DNA of 64,000 nt. Origin: the human T2T-CHM13v2.0 reference genome, Homo sapiens. The notes under the pieces were generated by a model. It was not told the DNA's origin and did not search any database. It saw only the letters and a list, made by a program, of their open reading frames with translations. The stretch lies in NCBI RefSeq assembly GCF_009914755.1, contig NC_060925.1; one strand, given 5' to 3'. The translations under genes and the position numbers were made by a program. Positions within the stretch are counted from its first letter, which is position 1; each line of letters opens with the position of its first letter. Of this stretch, positions 60,641 to 64,000 are shown one piece after another.

Positions 60641-63134
60641 GAGTTGTTTGTATTTTTATATGTATATTTATTTAGAAATACATGTATTTGTACTCTGCCT
60701 AGTTTAAGATTAAATTATTACTTAGATTTTGGGCATAAAATGTGAGCAGTATCCATTTTGGGGAAGAAACATTTTTCCCTCATCATGATGTTTTTCTTCT
60801 ATGTGAAGAAAGCTCTATTTATGCAAATTATTGGCCCCTCCCCCCCCATTTATTCCTCCTCACCTGTGAGTTCTTAATTAGACTGAAGAGTTTGAAATGA
60901 AAACTGATCCTCCTAGGCCAAGCCCCTTCTTCTCTCTTTCAAGAATGGACTACCCACAAAGTGTATGGGTTCTTGGTTGCTATGGTCAGATAGTCAGCTT
61001 GGCCATGAAAACCCAGTCCTCATGGTATAAATTGTATCTTGTGCAGAAAATTATTCCCAATTTTGAATTTTGATATCAAGAAGCTGGTTTATCTTTAGAT
61101 ATAATTCACATTGGCAACTGAGAGCAATATTCACAATTAGGCAGATATTTTTTCTTCCAATTGCCTTTCCCTTTGGTCTTATTTCTCAAGTGATTTAGAA
61201 TTCAGGCATGGAACAATGAGGCTCTTTACTGAACCCTTGAAACTATAAACATCTTTCATAATTTAACTCTGTTTGCACTATGACATAAATGAAAATGTAT
61301 TATTCAACACTCTTATCGTGTCTACAATATTGCATCCATGTATCTCAAGCAATGTTGGTGGGTATAAGGGTATGTACAAGGAAGATTCTCACTGTGATTA
61401 TGAAAAAAAAATGAAATAAACCTTTTCAATCTACTATGACACCAAAAGTAACATGATCTTTTTTACCAATAAAAAATCACTCCTCTGAAGCTCAAAAAAT
61501 TTCTAGGAGAAAGGAAGCAGGAAATTCATTCATCTGACTGGTACTGTCTTAGAATCTTCAGATACTCCAGGCAACCTCTTGCTTACAAACTTCATTTTCA
61601 CAGATCCTAACATGCCACTTATCTAGCATGAATTTCATATCTATGCATGTTTTATGATTCACTTATTTCACTTTCCATTGAAAATAAGCCTCTAATGAAT
61701 AAAATGGTTTTTTCCACTTTATTAGGTAAAACATTTAATATAATGAAAAACAATTTTAAGTTGAAGTATCATATTAGGTTCTGTTGATTTGTTAATCAAA
61801 CATGATGATAGGTGACAGAAGTGGTTTGCATTTGCATTTCATAACAGTTTAATACTATAAAATATAAGAATAAGAAACTAAACAAATTACAGTTATATTC
61901 AAATGTATTTTCAGGGAGAGTGGGGAAAATAGTTTCTTATCATTATATAAATTACAGTTCTAAGATTTCACTAAAGAACTATCCCAGAGTTTCAACTTTT
62001 ATTTGGCAGATTTCATTTTCTTATTCATTTTTATATAGATTTTCTATATTTCAGTCACATTTCAGCTTATTTTATCTGGAAAAATATGAGTCAGTCATAA
62101 ATGGCACATTATTACTCATTTCTTTAGTCATTTCTTTACATTTAACTAAAATATTTTTTGCTAATGTAGGCTATGGTTTCAAATTTTGACAGACATTCAT
62201 AAATACTTTATATAAAAATTATATTTTTCTTCTTTAAACCTAGAGGAGGTAATATAATTGATGAAATATTTGTAAATGTAGAGCTTATAACATTATCCAA
62301 ATATATATTGGATAACTTATCTTTAGAAGACATTGTCCTGCATCTGTGAAATTACATGAGCCATAGGCCAAATGCTTAGCTTTCATGAAATTTTCTCAAT
62401 ACCTTCAAAAACTTTATTAATTCATCCAGTTAACTAAGATACTATAGTGGCCCCTTTATATTAATCAGTATTTTGCCCCAGTATAGATTAATGATATCTG
62501 TCCATGATATGTATGTATTAGAAAATCTTTCTAATCAAATGTCTTGAACATCTCTGTCCTGTTCACACTCTTTTTTCTATGTATATTTTTATCTATAAAA
62601 TATATGTAGCAGCTATTTTGTTGTACTAAAAAAAAAGTTCAGTACAAATCTTATTACACCTACCTTTGCATGCTCAATTTAATGATACTAGAAGTACAAC
62701 AACAAACATGTGGGAGTCTGAAATTGTTTTAATGTTTAAGGGTGTTATATTAGAAAAGATATGATATAAATGGTATAAACTAATCAACACTTATTAAAAT
62801 GATATTTAATATTTAACTTACACTTTTCCTGCCTTGGGAGACTTGGTAAGAAACCTGGGAATTTTGAAAAATCTGTACATTTATAACTGGATGAAAAGAA
62901 GATGTCATTGAAAGAAACAAGATAATCCTCATTCATTGAAAAGTCTCAACAAATATTTAGCCAAGGGCTTATGATGTACTTCATATTGTATTTTAGGAAA
63001 TTGACCCCAGATAATTCCTGATTCTTTTTCTATTTTGTAGAAGTGTTTGCACTAAGTTACAATGTTTGAGATTCCATCATTTAGAAATTCACCTAAGTTA
63101 AGCCAGAGACGTCTGTATCAAGAATCTTTTGACT

Positions 63135-63845
63135 TCAAGTTAATGAAATCTTTCTCAAACTCTCTGAGATAAATTGGCACTCACTTTCCATTCCCACTTC
63201 TTTCTTAGTGCATTTTCTTCTACAGTAATGACTGAAATGCTAAAAACTACATTTCCCAGACTTCCTTCCACCTTAGCGTCTCTATGAGAAAAAGAGATTC
63301 TTCCAATTAGTGGTACTGAAAAGCTGCGGAGAAGATGGAAAGGAGAAAAAAAAATCCATGTGTCTATTAACATTTGCCATTTTTGCTGGCCAGCAAGGTC
63401 ACGAAGAAGAACTTTTCTGCCTCAGCATTCCACTGTGTCACTGCTAGCGATGTGGGTGTTAGGAGGCAGTCGGATTGTGGCAGAATGAACAGCCTGACTC
63501 CACTGTGCAGACTCCAGCTTTGATGATGTCAAAAGAAGATTCTGGAGTAAGAAGCTTCCTGATCCGGATTCCTATTCCTGGATTTGTAGTTTTTGCATTG
63601 TGTTGCTGAACACAATTCCTCCCTACGCCACACTTTCCTCCTTACGCCACACTTTCTGATGTACCCAAGGTTATAGCTTCCCTGGCAGGACAATTCTGTA
63701 GTGTTCTGGAAGTCAATTCTAGAAGCCCAGTCCTCCAGGATTTCCAATCATTTGGTAAATATTTAATTCACTCTTTTAAATTTTCTTCTGTTTAAAATAC
63801 CTTGTGATTTTTCTTTCATACAATGAACCCTAATATATTGACATA
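63135..63845 (+). mobile_element. ERVL LTR (LTR33-like)
   Basis: aaaactacatttcccagacttcc...tttaaattttcttctgtttaaaatac...atgaaccctaat. Confidence 0.6.
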
Positions 63846-64000
63846 AACTATACCGAGTTATAAAGAGAATTTACTGGCTAACATAATTGAAACACCCTTG
63901 TGTAAATGTGACTCCAGACAGAATGAGTCCAGAAACTCATAGACTTCAACAACATAGCCCAATGCAACTCTCTGCTTTGTCATTTATTATCTTGGCTGAA

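Overview
AT-rich, repeat-dense primate (most likely human) nuclear DNA; not prokaryotic, with no CRISPR, tRNA or rRNA detected. Roughly half the window is recognisable transposon relics: 10 full or near-full Alus plus one Alu monomer, L1PA/PB/M fragments, L2, MIR, THE1/MST/MLT1/MER61-type LTRs and MER58. Two pseudogenes are clear. One is a full-length processed RPL7 pseudogene (minus strand, ~26065-26901). The other is a 372-bp mitochondrial ND2 insertion (NUMT, 8653-9025) sitting precisely inside an AluJ that itself lies in an L2. Several well-formed plus-strand splice sites (27-nt microexon 1216-1242; acceptors at 22342, 24768, 27394) suggest the 3' end of an unidentified host gene with alternative C-termini. 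Other notable structures are a twin-primed (5'-inverted) L1, an internally deleted near-full-length L1, a perfect 68-bp palindrome, a two-donor templated insertion at 58501-58627, an ~80-nt hairpin and a DR4 nuclear-receptor motif. Almost all ORFs in the supplied track are repeat-derived or spurious. I found no evidence for a new multi-gene system. Repeat subfamily names come from memory of consensus sequences, and boundaries of old repeats are approximate.
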